The notes below the pieces were generated by a model, which saw only the letters and a list, made by a program, of their open reading frames with translations, was not told the DNA's origin and made no database searches. A DNA stretch of 64,000 nucleotides from Sarea resinae (lineage: Eukaryota): contig JAPEUD010000021.1 in assembly GCA_026026165.1 (NCBI GenBank), forward strand, positions 1 to 64,000, given 5' to 3'. This document shows, piece after piece, positions 12,701 to 26,031 of this stretch. The position numbers and the translations under genes are program-made. Each line of letters opens with the position of its first letter. Position 1 is the first letter of the stretch.

Positions 12701-15700
12701 TCTGTAGTCAACGAGCGACAAGAATGCATGGACCTCGTCAACGGTCCTGTCTTTGCTGTAGACGTCTTCAACATCCCAAATGAGACCCAGACGCTTCTCA
12801 TGAGCTCGCACCATGCCGTGATGGACCTCGTTTCGTGGCGGATCATATGGCACGAGCTAAGTCAGTATCTATCAGGGCCCACGCGCCTACCTCCAGTTGA
12901 AGTCTCCTTTGAAGCGTGGTGTCGACTACAGCGCGAAGAAGGCGGGAAGCTCAATCCAGCCACTGTTTTGCCTCACGAGATTACTCCGGCGAATTTTGAG
13001 TACTGGGGCGTAACGCCCGAGGAGCTGCTATTTAAGGATTCGACGTTGAACTTGTCTATTGTCGACGCCGAGGCCACCGGACTGCTCCTGGACGCGAGTA
13101 ATGACTGCTTCCGAACGGAGATCCTGGATATTCTCGTGGGTACGCTCATTTTCTGCTTTGCTCAAGTATTTCCTGATCGCAGCCCGCCTCCTGTGTTCCT
13201 CGAAGGCCACGGCCGTGAGCCCATAGCCGACATGAATGACATCGACTTATCTGAGGTCATCGGCTGGTTTACCTCCATTCATCCCATCGAGCTTGGTTGC
13301 GGGCCGGACACCACCATCTTTGACATGATCAAGGTTGCCAAGGACATCCGCAAGAGAGTGCCCGGCAAAGGCAGGCCATATTTTGCATCTCGCTTCTATA
13401 GTGCATCAGGGAGGAAGGCCTTTGAAGCACACAAGCTTGTCGAGCTGATTTTCAATTATCGAGGCTCGTTCCAGCAGCTCGAGGATACCAGGTCCATGTT
13501 CAAACTTGAAGACAGAAAGGATCGCAACGTGGTCATTCCCGGTGAGGGACCTGAATACCAGCGGCCGTCACTAATCAATATGAATCTTGTCGTCCAGGAA
13601 GGCAAGTTGCAGATCTGGACAAGATCTCACAGCCATATGCGAAATCATGAAGCAGTCACCCGCTGGGTGGACCTATATGCAAAGACCCTCGGCAGCGTCG
13701 CACATGAGCTTGCCAGCTTACCCGCTGGCTACACGCTCGCTGATTTTCCGCTGCTCGACATCTCGTATGCTGGCCTGGAGACGCTCATAACGAAGCAGCT
13801 GGGGAGCGAGGGGACCAAAGAGACTGACCTGCGGGACATCTATTCATGCACGCCGACGCAGGAGGGTATACTTATCAGCTCCAACGTTGGCGCAGCCTCC
13901 TACCACAGTGTCTCCATCTGGCAGGCAGTCTCGACCGACCCGACAGTCTGTGTATCTCGTCTGGCAGCAGCGTGGAAGACCGTCTCGCGCATGCATCCAG
14001 TCTTCTCTACTGTCTTCTCAACCAATCCCGACACCGGTCGTTTCGTTCAGATCGTGTTGCACGATTCCAATGAGGCTTTCATTTGCAAGGCTGCGGATTC
14101 TGAGACTGCCGTTGAGCACCTAGGGCAGATGCAAGGTTTCGAAGCCTCATCTTCGCAGCCGCAATGCTTTTTCACAATCTGTTCTAGTCAGGAAGGCGAC
14201 GTTGCGTGCCGGCTTGACATGACACACGCGCTCATGGATGCCTTATCCTTGCCTGTCATATTACAAGATCTTGAGAAGGCCTATTCCGGCCAAGCCTTGT
14301 CATTGCACCCGCCTTTCCGCAATTGCATCGAGCATATTCAACGCACACCGGCATCGAATCGATTGTCGTACTGGAAACAGTACCTTGCTGGCGTGAAGGC
14401 TTGTAATCTGGTGGGAGATGCGGCATCGAGAGATTCAAAGTCTCAGCGTAACAGTCTGTATGGTTGGATTAGCCTCCCCACTGATGTGACGGCCCCCATT
14501 TCGAAGATCTGTCGTGAGAAAGGGTTGACTCGCTCCGCATTCCTTCATCTGGCCTGGTCCCTCGTACTTGCACATTTCACAGGCATGCGGCAGGTCTGCT
14601 TCGGCTATGTTTCGTCCGGCCGTGACTATCCCATCGATGGCATTGAAAACATTGTTGGGCCTCTGATCAATATGCTGATTGCACGCGTTGATCTGGAGCG
14701 GCCTTTGTCTGATGTAATGGCCACCATTAACAAGTACAATGTCGAACACCTGGAGAATCAGCACGTTTCGCTAGCAGAAGTTCAACATGAGATATCTGCA
14801 AGGCAACTTTTCAACACGAACATCACGGTCCGTGAAGAGCGCGGAGGCCATGGCGCGGCTGATGAAAGCATGCAACTCGTGGAAATATCGGAAGAGGACC
14901 CGCATGAGGTAATTTTTCCCAATTCCCAACTCTCCATTTCTGACTCCGCATAGTACGACTTGGTCTTGGCTGCCACCCTCAATAAGCGCGACACCAAAGT
15001 CAGCATCCAATACCGGACCGACTTTGCAACCCTGGCCAACGCTCAAGCGATCCAAGCTACGCTCCAGACTGCCATCAAGTTTCTCGGCTCCACTGCGCAA
15101 CAGGATACACCCGCCGCCCAAGCTTACGCCAAGTTCTGCGGCTCACTATACGAAGCTTACTTTTACTATACAATTGGCACCGATGAAGCGTCCGCTCTCG
15201 AACGATGGCAAGCCCAATTCAAGGGTATTGATGCCAGCTGCCACTTTCCTGCTCTGCCCCACGTGTCTCCTAAGCCACGTATTGACGCCTCAGCTTCTTG
15301 TAAGATTGAGAACCTTCAATGGCGAGGCGATTATGTCGTGACCACCCAGATCCTCGCATCATGGGCCTTGCTGCAAGCGACTTATGGAGGCACTGCCGAT
15401 GTCGTGCTTGGAGCTTGCCCTTTGGGCCTCGAATCCGGACCAACAAGCGGCGCACCCATGCCAGTGCGGATCAACGCTGACCTCAACCAGAGCGTCTCTT
15501 CGTACCTTGACTCGGTGCAGTCAACAATCACGACTTGTTCAGAGCTGCCACAGCTCAATGTACACCGGCTGCGCAGTCTCGGCGGTGAGTCAGCGCTTGC
15601 TCTAGACTTCCAGACCGTACTAGGAGTCGAGAGAGCTCCCGCCCAAGGCAAAGGACAAAGTCCCAGTGCCGACTCCAGCGTAACTCGTGCACTTTCCGTG

Positions 15701-18700
15701 CACTTTGCTATCGTTGACTCTGGAGCTCAAGTGACGGCGAGATTTGACGAGCACGTCATCAGCACCGAGCAAGTGAAGAGGCTTTTTCCCCAGCTTGAAA
15801 CTGTGCTACGCCATATCTGTTCACCAGCCACTCCCTCCCCAAGCCTGACCAAGATCGATACTATCAGTGATGAAGATCTTCGAGCCATTACTCTTTGGAA
15901 TGGGACACCTCATGAGAGTGTTCAAGATCTTGTTCACACCCTCATCTCTCGCACAGTCCAGGCAATGCCAGACTCCCCTGCCGTATCCGCTTGGGACGGA
16001 GAGCTTACTTACCGCCAGCTCGATCAGCTTTCCACTCGTCTGGCCCACGAATTAGTTCAGCTTGGCGTCGGACCAGAAGTCATTGTGCCCATCTACTCTG
16101 AAAAGTCCATGTGGGTGCCGGTTTGTGTGGTAGCTGTGATGAAGGCGGGCGGGGCAGGCGTGATGATCGACTGCACACAGCCTATCGAACGAGCTCAAGG
16201 CATTGTCAGCCAGATACATGCAAGACTCGTCCTCGTATCAAGAAATAACGTTGAGCGGGCTGCGCAATTTGAAGGGCTACAGCTCCTCGTTATCGATAAA
16301 GCTTCTTTGGACGGCTTGCCGGATCCAAAGGGAGGATTCCCTCTGCCACAACAAGTTCAGCCTTCGAACCTCGTCTACGTTTCTTTTACGTCGGGGAGTA
16401 CGGGCAAGCCAAAGGGTGCTATGATTACGCACTCCTGCTTTGTATCCTCTATAAAGCACCAACAAAGAGCTCTTGGCTTCAGGGCCGGTCAAAGGGTCTA
16501 TGATTTTGCGTCTTACGCTTTCGATGCCAGCTGGTCAAATGTGCTTCACTCATTGACGTCGGGAAGCTGCTTGTGCATCCCGTCAGAGTACCAAAGAACC
16601 AATGCGCTTTCTGATTCAATCAGAGACAGTAAAGCTACTCTGATAAACGCAACTCCTTCCGTTCTGCGCCATCTCGATCCCAGAGAACTCGCAGATCTAG
16701 AACAAGTTTTGCTGGGCGGAGAAGCTTGGTCCGAGGCAGATTTTGGTGACTGGATCGACTACACGAAGCTAATCAACAGCTACGGCCCTGGTGAATGTAC
16801 CATAAAGGCCTGCCTCATTCGCGCTGTCCGAGGCATGATCCCCAACAATATCGGAGTTGGCATAGGCCTCAATACATGGATCGTGAGAACGGATGGCTCG
16901 GATCGACTTGCACCGTTGAGCGCCGTTGGTGAGCTTTGGCTTGAGGGCCCACAAGTGGCGCGCGGTTACATAGCGGACGATTCAAGGACCTCTGCTTCGT
17001 TTGTGACAAGGCCCAAGTGGACGCAGTGCAATGGCCCAGCATGCCGTTTTTACCGCACGGGTGATCTAGTTCGTTACGGGCCAGATGGCACTCTGATTTT
17101 TGTCAGCCGCAAAGACTCGCAAGTCAAGATCCGCGGCCAGCGTACGGAACTGGGAGACATCGAGCACAGCATTCAAAAAGCCCTTCTTGCGGGCGATCTC
17201 AGGGCCCAGGTCATCGCTGATGTGTTTAAACCCCACAACAGCGATAACCCCATTCTCGTCGCGTTTTTAAAGGCCGAGGAAGCCGACGCATGGCAGAGGC
17301 CTGCCGGCGTGGACAAGCGCCTCGCAAAAATGGTACCTGAATACATGATCCCGACTGCTTACATTGTCCTACAGGAGTTCCCTATGACTGCGACAGGCAA
17401 GATTCACCGCAGGTCTCTGCGTGAAACCTACGCCAAAAAGACGCTGCAGCAACTTGTCGCACAAGATGCATTTCACGTGTCTGGCCATCGAAGTCCGAGC
17501 ACCGCCTCCGAAAAGCTTCTACGGGATCTCTGGGCTGGGATTCTTCAAATTGACCCCGCAACAATCTCGGCCGACGACAGCTTTCTTCGGATCGGGGGCG
17601 ACTCTCTCGGGGCAATGCGGCTTGTCAGCGCTGCGCGAAAGCAAAGTCTTGCACTCAGTGTCGCTGATATTTTCAAGTATCCGAAACTCAGCGCTCTTGC
17701 CGAGATTATTGAAGCGCAAAAACCTTCCTTGCAGCTAAATCAATCCACCATTGAGGCTTTCTCGCTCGTCGACGGGAATATTTCTGCAGAAGAAGCAAAG
17801 GACCAAGCGGCACGTCTCTGCGGCCTCCAGGCCACTGACATTGAAGACCTTTTCCCCTGCACACCTCTGCAGGGTGGATTGCTGGCCGAAACTGTTCGAC
17901 GCCCAGGAGCTAATGTCTTGACTGAGACCAGGATGTTTAGAAAAGCTGTAGACGTTGGCCGCTTTCGTGCCGCGTGGCAAAAAGCCGTTCAAGCAAACCC
18001 CATTCTACGGACCAGGATCGTAGATGTCGCCCAACAAGGCCTCGTCCAAGTCATCGTCCGTTACGAACGCTGCGAGATTGAAGGAGGCGTATCCGTGCGG
18101 GACTTTAGCCTCGGCACGCCTCTAGTCTCCTATAAAATATCAGAGGCTTGCTTCTCCTGGAGTATTCATCACGCCCTCTACGATGGATTTTCGATGCCTC
18201 TAGTCTTTGATTCCCTGGCGAGGAGTTACCGATCGGAAATGGTTCAGGATGCTCCTCCTTTCCAGGCCTTTATAAAGTATGTCGGAGACTGCAGCCAAAG
18301 CATGGCGGAGGAGTTCTGGAAACGGCAGTTTTGCGATTTCAAGGCACAGATGTTTCCCATCCTACCATCGAAAAGCTACAAACCAAGTTGTGATCAGCGC
18401 CTGAAGCTCGACATAAAGAACATCGCTTCGGATGGCGATTTCACAGCGGCAACAAAGATTAGACTTGCCTGGGCCATTCTACTATCGGCAATCACAAACT
18501 CTGCAGATGCCTCGTTTGGTATGACAGTGTCCGGCAGACAAGCAAATGTACCTGGCATTGAGAACATCACTGGACCAACGATCGCCACTGTGCCGCTGCG
18601 AGTGGCAATTGATAGCTCAAAGACCGTGAACGACTTGCTTCATCAAGTGCAACTGCAGGCTGCAGATATGATGCCATTTGAACAATTTGGAATCCAGCAG

Positions 18701-21700
18701 ATACGGCGTCTCAGCGAGGATTGTACCCTAGGGTGCCAGTTCCAATCGCACATGGTCATTCAGCCCGGAGGCAACCACAACGCCGAAGATGCCCTGTTTG
18801 AACCCAACCTTGTGCGAAATGAAGCTGACGAGATTGATCCTTTCAAACTCTATGCCATCTGCCTGGAGTTCATCGTCAAGCCGAACAGCATTTGCCTCCG
18901 TGCTAGTTACGACTCTACCGTGGTGCCTCCAACACAATTCCGCCGCCTTGCGGACCGATTCGAAAACATCTTGCGGCAGCTCTCCGTGCCTGAAGTCCAG
19001 GCTCAGCCACTGTCTCTTCTCAATACTAGCAGCTTGGGGGATCTGAAGCAAATCTGGAGCTGGAACGAAACTCCTTTGGAGAGATCAGACCAAACGATCC
19101 ACGAGATTTTTAGACAAATCGCTGCGAGGCAGCCCGAAGCTCCGGCAGTCTGCTCATGGGATGGCGATTTTACCTACGGCCAGATGGATGAAATATCCAC
19201 GAAAATTGCCCACAAACTGCTCCGAGTTGGTCTTCCACAAAGTGGCCAACGCATTGTACCTTTGATGTTCGAAAAGTCGAAATGGACGTCGGTCTGCCAA
19301 ATTGCAGTAATGAAAGCCAATGCTACTTCCGTAGCGCTGGATGCTACGCTTCCCATTGGCCGTCTCCAGATGATCATAGACCTTGCCAAACCTCAAATCA
19401 TCATCGCCTCTGCGGAACAAGAATCTAGAGCACGAGAGTTGGTTCCTCCAACTACACAAGTCATAGTGTTGAGTGACAATGAGACGCCTACTTTTAGGCT
19501 TCCCACAGATTCGTCTCTGCCGGCTGTGGACCCGGAAACTTGGCTGTATATGGTCTTTACTTCTGGCTCGACCGGCCTCCCCAAAGGTGCGATCATCAGC
19601 CACTCCAACTTCGCAAGCGCGCTCAGATATGGACAAACGGCGTTGAGGTTCGGCCCTCATACTCGCGCATACGACTTTGTGTCTTATGCTTTTGACGTCT
19701 CCTGGCTCAATGTGCTGTATACTCTTTGCTCGGGCGGATGTCTCTGCATCCCATCTCACTATGAGATTCAGAATGAACCAAGGAGGCTATTGCTCGCAGG
19801 CGTGCCAACACTGCATTTATCACTCCCACAGTTGGCAAACTACTGCGCGGAGCAGACCTCAAGTTTATCAATTACGGTGGCGAAAACTTGCCGCGGGATG
19901 AAATTCGTTATTGGGAAAAACGGGCTCAAATCATCCACTCGTATGGCCCATCCGAATGCACGCCGATTTCTATTTCTCACATTCTCGATCCCGCACGAAG
20001 TCGTGTGGTCATCGGCAAAGGTCTCGGGGCACGAACTTGGATCGTCGAGCCAGAGCGCGGAAACGCGTTGGCGGCTGTTGGCGACATTGGCGAGCTTTGG
20101 CTTGAAGGGCCTCTTGTCGGCCAAGGCTATCTTGACGATACAGAGAAAACAGATGCAGTATTCGTCAAGGATCCCGAGTGGCTCAAACGAGGCTGCCCTG
20201 GATTTGCCGGTCGGCATGGACGTCTATATCGTACAGGTGATCTAGTTCGATACGAGGAAGACGGTAACCTCGAGTTTATCGGGCGCAAAGACGCCCAGAT
20301 CAAGATTCATGGACAGCGTGTGGAGCTTGAGGAGATCGAGCACCATATCCTCGATGCTATTGGAGAGGCTACAGCAATTCAGGTCGTTGTGGACATGGTC
20401 AAGCCAGCCGGCTCCACCGAACCAGCCTTGGTCGTCTTCGTCAAGCTCTCGCATGGGACGATTGTTCCTGATACGCTGGAAGCGCAAGCTTACGCACAGA
20501 AACTTGCTGCTTCTACCAGGGATCGGCTGTCAGCCACACTACCAAGCTACATGATCCCGAATGCCTATATGATTGTAGACAGCATTCCAAATACGACATC
20601 CGGAAAAGTGGACCGTGGCAAACTGCGCAAAGCGGCATCATCGATGCGAAAAGAGGATCTCCTCCGAGTAGACTGCATTGGGAGACGCGCTCCAAAATCC
20701 CGACAGGAGATGGCGCTCCATGCTATTGTCGCACAAGTACTCTCGTTGGGTGGCGAGTCTTTTGGCATGGACAACAACTTCATCCAGCTTGGTGGGGACT
20801 CTATTAGTGCCATGAGACTGGCATCGATTGCCCGTGACAAAGCAATGTTCGTGACCGTCGCGGATATTCTTACCAAAGACCGGATCGCTGATCTTCTCGT
20901 CCCGGATTATGAGATGCACCTCGGAGACGAAAGCGAACAGCTGCGCTTCGCCTTGCTAGATATTGCAGACCCGAGCGCCTTTGTCGAAGAAGTGATGCCG
21001 CAAGTTCACTCCGGTCACGGTGAGCTTATTGACCTTCTACCGGCAACAGACATGCAGTCTACCTATCTGAGAGATAACCTCCACGCACCCCGGCGGTCCT
21101 GATTTTACAGTCATATCGACTTTGACCAGATTTCGGACGAGCATCGTCTCATCCAGAGCTGTGAGCAATTGGTTAGGCACTGCGACATCTATCGAACAGC
21201 CTTTGTTCGCTCCGGTCGTTCCTTTTTCCAGGCCATCTTTGATACTTGGAAGCCCACAATCGACATTATCAACGTTGAATGTGTGGACGCCGCATTCGAC
21301 AAGCTCGTAGAAGAAGAGGTGAAGTTGTCGGCTTCCCTCAGAGCTTCTCTACTGCAGTTCAAGCTCTTCCACGGACGAAGCGCAAAATCCAGACTTGTCT
21401 TTAGCATGTCGCATGCCATCTACGACGCAATTAGCTTTAGTCAAACCCTCCAGCTTCTGACCGACATATATTATGGCTCTCCCCTGAAAACCAAGGACTT
21501 CAGATGCTATGTCAACCACATCCAATCGCACAAGGCAGACAGCTACTCCTACTGGCGCAAGACCCTTCGAAACTCCTCAATGGCCACGATACCGTGCAAC
21601 TCGACCGTACCCACTCAGGATGGCCCGCCTACCGTGCTCGTACGCTCTGTCCCTAGGCCAAACGCACCCTCTGGCATCACGCAGGCTTCTCTCTTCACCT

Positions 21701-22254
21701 TAGCCTGCGCCTCCGCCCTCAGCTACCTCACCGGCTCTCCCGATGTTGTCTTTGGCCGCGTCGTATGCGGTCGTGCTACCGTTCCCGCCTCCCTACAGGA
21801 CGTTGTCGGTCCTTGTCTGAATCGTCTGCCCGTGCGCGTCCACTTTGCATCCGGCCAGACTAAAATCGAGCGGCTAGTGGTCCTGCAAAAGCAGTACGCA
21901 GAAAGTCTTGCCCATGAGACGACCGGTCTACTGGACATTGTCAAGCACTGTACCGACTGGCCGCCCAACACCAAGGATTTTGGCTGCTGGACACAATATC
22001 AGAATGTAGATGAGAAGCCCGTGCTCGCTCTGCCCGGTGCCATGGGCGGTCTGCGAAGCAAGGAGATGTGGCATATTCCCGTCGCGGCGGACTTCTTGGA
22101 GATTTTTGCCATCCCGAGCGGCCAAGGCACGCTCACAGTGAGGCTTATTGGAGGTCCTGGTTATGCGGCAGCCGACATTATTGAGTTGCTCGAGCGGGTT
22201 TGCACGGAGTTGGTAGATACACATGATACAAAATGGGCCGCCTCTAATGATTGA
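9791..22254 (+). pseudogene. Trimodular NRPS (partial C - A1 - T - E - C - partial C - A2 - T - C - A3 - T - terminal CT), disrupted in module 3
   Basis: A-domain cores FTSGSTGxPKG three times, YGPxE, YRxGDL, RKDxQxKI; T motifs GGDSI, GGDSL, GGDSI; E domain HHAVMDLVSWRI and EGHGRE; C motifs HALMD and HHALYD; terminal SHAIYD. Intron 14909-14953. 1-nt frameshift at about 19781 and in-frame TGA at 21100-21102. Confidence 0.9.
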
Positions 22255-22370
22255 AGGCAAGCCGGCATCCTATCTCTTTGACAAGCTTCGGCTGAGGCCT
22301 GTATATAGTCCGTACATAGGGTTTTTGCGAGTGAGCCCAACTTACAATGCCGCAATATTCTCGTCTCTTT

Positions 22371-23631
22371 TCATTTCCCCTTCTTTTCGTCCTTGAATTG
22401 ATCCTCTGACTGGTCCTGAAGATTGAAAATGAGATCGCCCTTTAGTTTACCGACTACCGCCATGGGTTTGTTTCGATGCAAGCGTTCTGCTTCCGGGACC
22501 TCAAGCACTTCGTCAATGAGCTCTTGGGCCACGATAGTAGCAATTGAACCTGCTCCGTCCGAATTTCCAAGGATAACGGCACCAAACTTGAAGCCAGGTA
22601 GGAAGAAGTGGTAGCTTTCAAATCCAGGTACCGCGCCATCGTGCCCGACAACCATATGCCCCCGATAATAATACACCTCCAGTCCAGCGGCGTATGCTAT
22701 CGGGGACGAGTACGGTTTCAATCTTCTGGCATTAGGATTCTGAAAGGCCCGCATCCGGATAAGGCCATGGTAGACTCTTTCATTGACGGGGATTTCGCGG
22801 TTCATCAAAGCCTTGACCCATATAATGTAGTCATTCACGCTCGTGATGATCGAGCCGGCGCCTTGAGCCTCCGGACAATCTGGGCTGTGGAATCCACGGT
22901 ATGTTGAGCTAATCTTGTCCCACGTGTAATCCGTCGCAATACGGTCTCCAAAACCCTTAGCTTGAGCGCTCGCAGGCCGAAGACTGGTCGACTGCATACC
23001 CAGCGGCCGAAAAAAGCGCTCGTGCAGGAAATCAGAAAAACTTTGCTGGCTTTTCACCTCTACCAGGTGCGTCGCCACAGTGAACATCATATTGCAATAC
23101 ATATATTTGGCGCGGATAGGTGCAGCCACGGGCAGGTTTCGCAGGTTCCTCGTGACCGATCGTGCATCGTCTGGATGCGCCGCTCGCACGCTCAAATAGG
23201 AACTGTCATGGCTGCATTGTACAGTCAGTGATAATCAACAGTCGAATGAGTGGGTTTGGTTACCCAGGCATGCCGCTTCTGTGGCTCAGAACATCCTCCA
23301 CGGTAACACCCTCTGTGTATCCAACGCCAGGCATAACGAAATCATCGGGCAGCAGGCTGGACATGGTAGCAGTGTACTGCACCTCGGAGTAGTTCTCATT
23401 ATCGTCCACGAGCAATCCAACCGATGCAGCAGTCAGTGATTTCGAAGATGATGCAATGTCAAAGAGTGTATCTGCTGTACACGGTATTGGCGGTTCAAAA
23501 GATGCTTTTCCATAGCCTTGAGAAGCCACTTGGTCATTCTGTAAAATCGCAATAGCGAGACCCGGCACATGATGTTGATGCATCAGATCTTCTACATGGG
23601 CAGAGAACGCTGAAGAGTGGGAGAATTCCAT
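22371..23631 (-). CDS. Serine beta-lactamase / AmpC-like peptidase family protein, 2 exons
   Basis: HHVPGLAIAI, SxxK (IASSSKS), LSHRSGMP, YxN (YMYCN), HxG (GHDG). Intron at about 23262-23212 joins ..GMPG to HDSSYL in frame. The C-terminus may be short. Confidence 0.88.
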
Positions 23632-24828
23632 AGTTGAGCATGTAGGAACAAGTGAGAAGAATAGAAAAATCAAACGATGTAAATATGCTTCGTACTCAAC
23701 ATGTCTTGATATTTCAGAAAGTTCCTTCAGTCGAATTAATGTTAGATCATGAGTCACCCTGCATCGGCTAGGCAGACGCGTCTTTGCGCGGGCGACCGAT
23801 GGCCTTCGATGACTCTTCAGCCTTAGCTTTATTCCATGTAGCTGATCCCTCGTGCTCACGTCGGATTTCACTCGAGGATGCCTGATGCAGGTGAGCGACA
23901 CTGCTTGTATATGATTTGCTGTAAAATTCGCATCCAAACTGACACATCTGATGTTTTCACATACTAGCGAGGCGTTCGGCAGGAGCTTGATGTTATTGCT
24001 CTTCCCTCCAGTATTTTGCTCTCGCGTCATCCGACATGCTTGGTGTTAAGCATTAGGTGTCAGGACGTAGGATCCGCATATTAAAACGTGCCGATCGAGG
24101 CCTGAGGAGAGGCGAAATTGAGGATGACTGAGCGGCCGCGTCAAGACTGATCAAACGAAATCGGCACCCCGAAAAAAGGGGCGGATGAGGCTGATGATGG
24201 TGATAGGAAGAGCAGAACAGTAACAATCGCAAAAGGTCCGAGCAATACCACAAATCGATGGATGAGATAATATAGATGAGTTAGACGGAGTCCAAAGCGT
24301 GATGTGTCGAGACTAGTCCGGTAGGCTGGAATCGCGGTGCCCGTCAGAGACGTGATACAATGAAGTTCAGCGGGACAACTCGCAGCGCTCCTTGACGTCT
24401 GATTGAACCTCAGGGCCAGGAACTTACTATAAACAGGTCATCTGTCGATTAAGAAGAGTTAGATAATCAGATCACAGCCATCAATGTGGTGAGCAAGAGC
24501 AAAAGCGTAGGCGTTGAAACGAGGACAGTCCAGCGAGAAACGCAATTTGAAGAGCTCAACATCAATTCGTGCAAGACTGAGGAATATCATCCCACGTGGC
24601 TCATTTCATCCAGTCTTGGTGAATGGCGTAATTGCAGTAGCCGAAGAACGCGTCGTACTTTGAAAGTTGTCTCCTCCCTTCTGGTCCTTCTCATCGCGTC
24701 AGCTCACCATCCTCATTCCAGTTCTACTATTCCACAACTTCAATCACAGCCACCAGATCACGCCCATCAGAGAGCCATCCACGTTGTGTCAATCTCTGTC
24801 ATCACTCATACTATTTCTCCCTTTTCTT

Positions 24829-24982
24829 TGTGGGGCCCTCGTGGCATCCGCAGTTTTGTTTCTCGCCCTCATCCCCTCATCTCATCTTCTTTGTGGAGCC
24901 CTCGTGGCATCCGCAGTTTCGTTTCTCTTTCCATCACCTCACCTTCCCCTTTCTTTTGTGAGGCTCTTGAGCTTCGCAGTTG
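24829..24982 (+). repeat. Array of 3 stem-loop repeats upstream of the 25025 ORF
   Basis: TGTGGGGCCCTCGTGGCATCCGCAGTTTTG (24829), TGTGGAGCCCTCGTGGCATCCGCAGTTTCG (24892), TGTGAGGCTCTTGAGCTTCGCAGTTG (24957); spacing 63-65 nt with pyrimidine-rich spacers. Confidence 0.9.
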
Positions 24983-25024
24983 TGGACTTTTCACTATCCT
25001 CCCACCCGATCTTTACAGCACAAG

Positions 25025-25588
25025 ATGCCATCCCAGGGTGATACGCCAGAGTCGTACGCGGCACGACTAAGGGCGATGCTCCAATTCCGTGAAGCAACAC
25101 TGGCACTGCCGGGATCCACGGCAGATCTTCCGCTACCAATGCGAATTACAGCACTTGAGGCGGATGTTGCAATGCTACAAGCAATTGTTCTTGCTTTGCA
25201 GGGACAGGTTCGTGTGCTAACCGATGCGGCGCAAGAAGCAGCTCCCCGCATGCAACATTCGGGAGAAGTCCGTGCTCAACGGCCATTATCACCGTCACCA
25301 CCACCACCGCCGTACCGAGCTGATCCTCCGTCGGCCCCAACGACAGTGCCTGCTCCGATAGTGACGGCTTCTGCCCCAAGTCAATCAGCACTACCGCAGC
25401 CACCGCCACCACCAACCCGAGCAAACGCCTCACCCACGCTCGCGACAATACGTGCTCCGCCAATAACAGCCTCCGCTACTGGCCCTAATATGTCGCCGAG
25501 GTCGAATGAAAATGGAGCGAGGAGGCCTGGGGGCAGCGTTGGGCGCAGCGGGAGCACACTGCCAGAGAGACCTCGTTGGAGATTTTAA
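25025..25588 (+). CDS. Hypothetical protein: short coiled coil followed by a Pro-rich tail
   Basis: ATG at 25025 in good context (CAAGATG); heptad-like RITALEADVAMLQAIVLALQGQVRVL; lies about 40 nt after the hairpin array. Confidence 0.55.
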   Translation: MPSQGDTPESYAARLRAMLQFREATLALPGSTADLPLPMRITALEADVAMLQAIVLALQGQVRVLTDAAQEAAPRMQHSGEVRAQRPLSPSPPPPPYRADPPSAPTTVPAPIVTASAPSQSALPQPPPPPTRANASPTLATIRAPPITASATGPNMSPRSNENGARRPGGSVGRSGSTLPERPRWRF

Positions 25589-26031
25589 GCCGAAGGCCTT
25601 CTTGCCTCCAGACCAGGTATGAGTATCCGAGCCTATAGATTTACCTAATCAGGCTAATTTGCAGACGCTTGCGATGACGTCTAAGATGATGGCGGCTACA
25701 TCCAAAAGACCCCAAGCCTGATCATATTGAATCCAACGTCCAGGCGCGCCAGCAACAGCCAGCCCCAATGGCCAAGGAGACGGACTCAGCCCCTCCGATT
25801 GCTGCATTTCGAATACAAGGCACTCAGACGTGTTTTCCAGTGGCCATCTCACGAAAGCAGGATTTCAAAACTCTGAGGATCTCCACGTTGTGTGACAGAG
25901 CAAAGCTGTTCAGCAGCTGCAGTCCTGGCTGTTCAGGCATCCCAAGGAGAACTAGTCAAGAGCTGAGGCCTGCTTGATCAACTAAGATGCTTTCCTCGCC
26001 GGCACTGTACCGAGGCTGCAGATAACGGTCA

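Noticed and set aside
19770..19800. Intron or programmed frameshift explaining the NRPS frame change
   Set aside because: No GT..AG intron fits, the A-domain sequence is continuous across the site, and there is no slippery heptamer.
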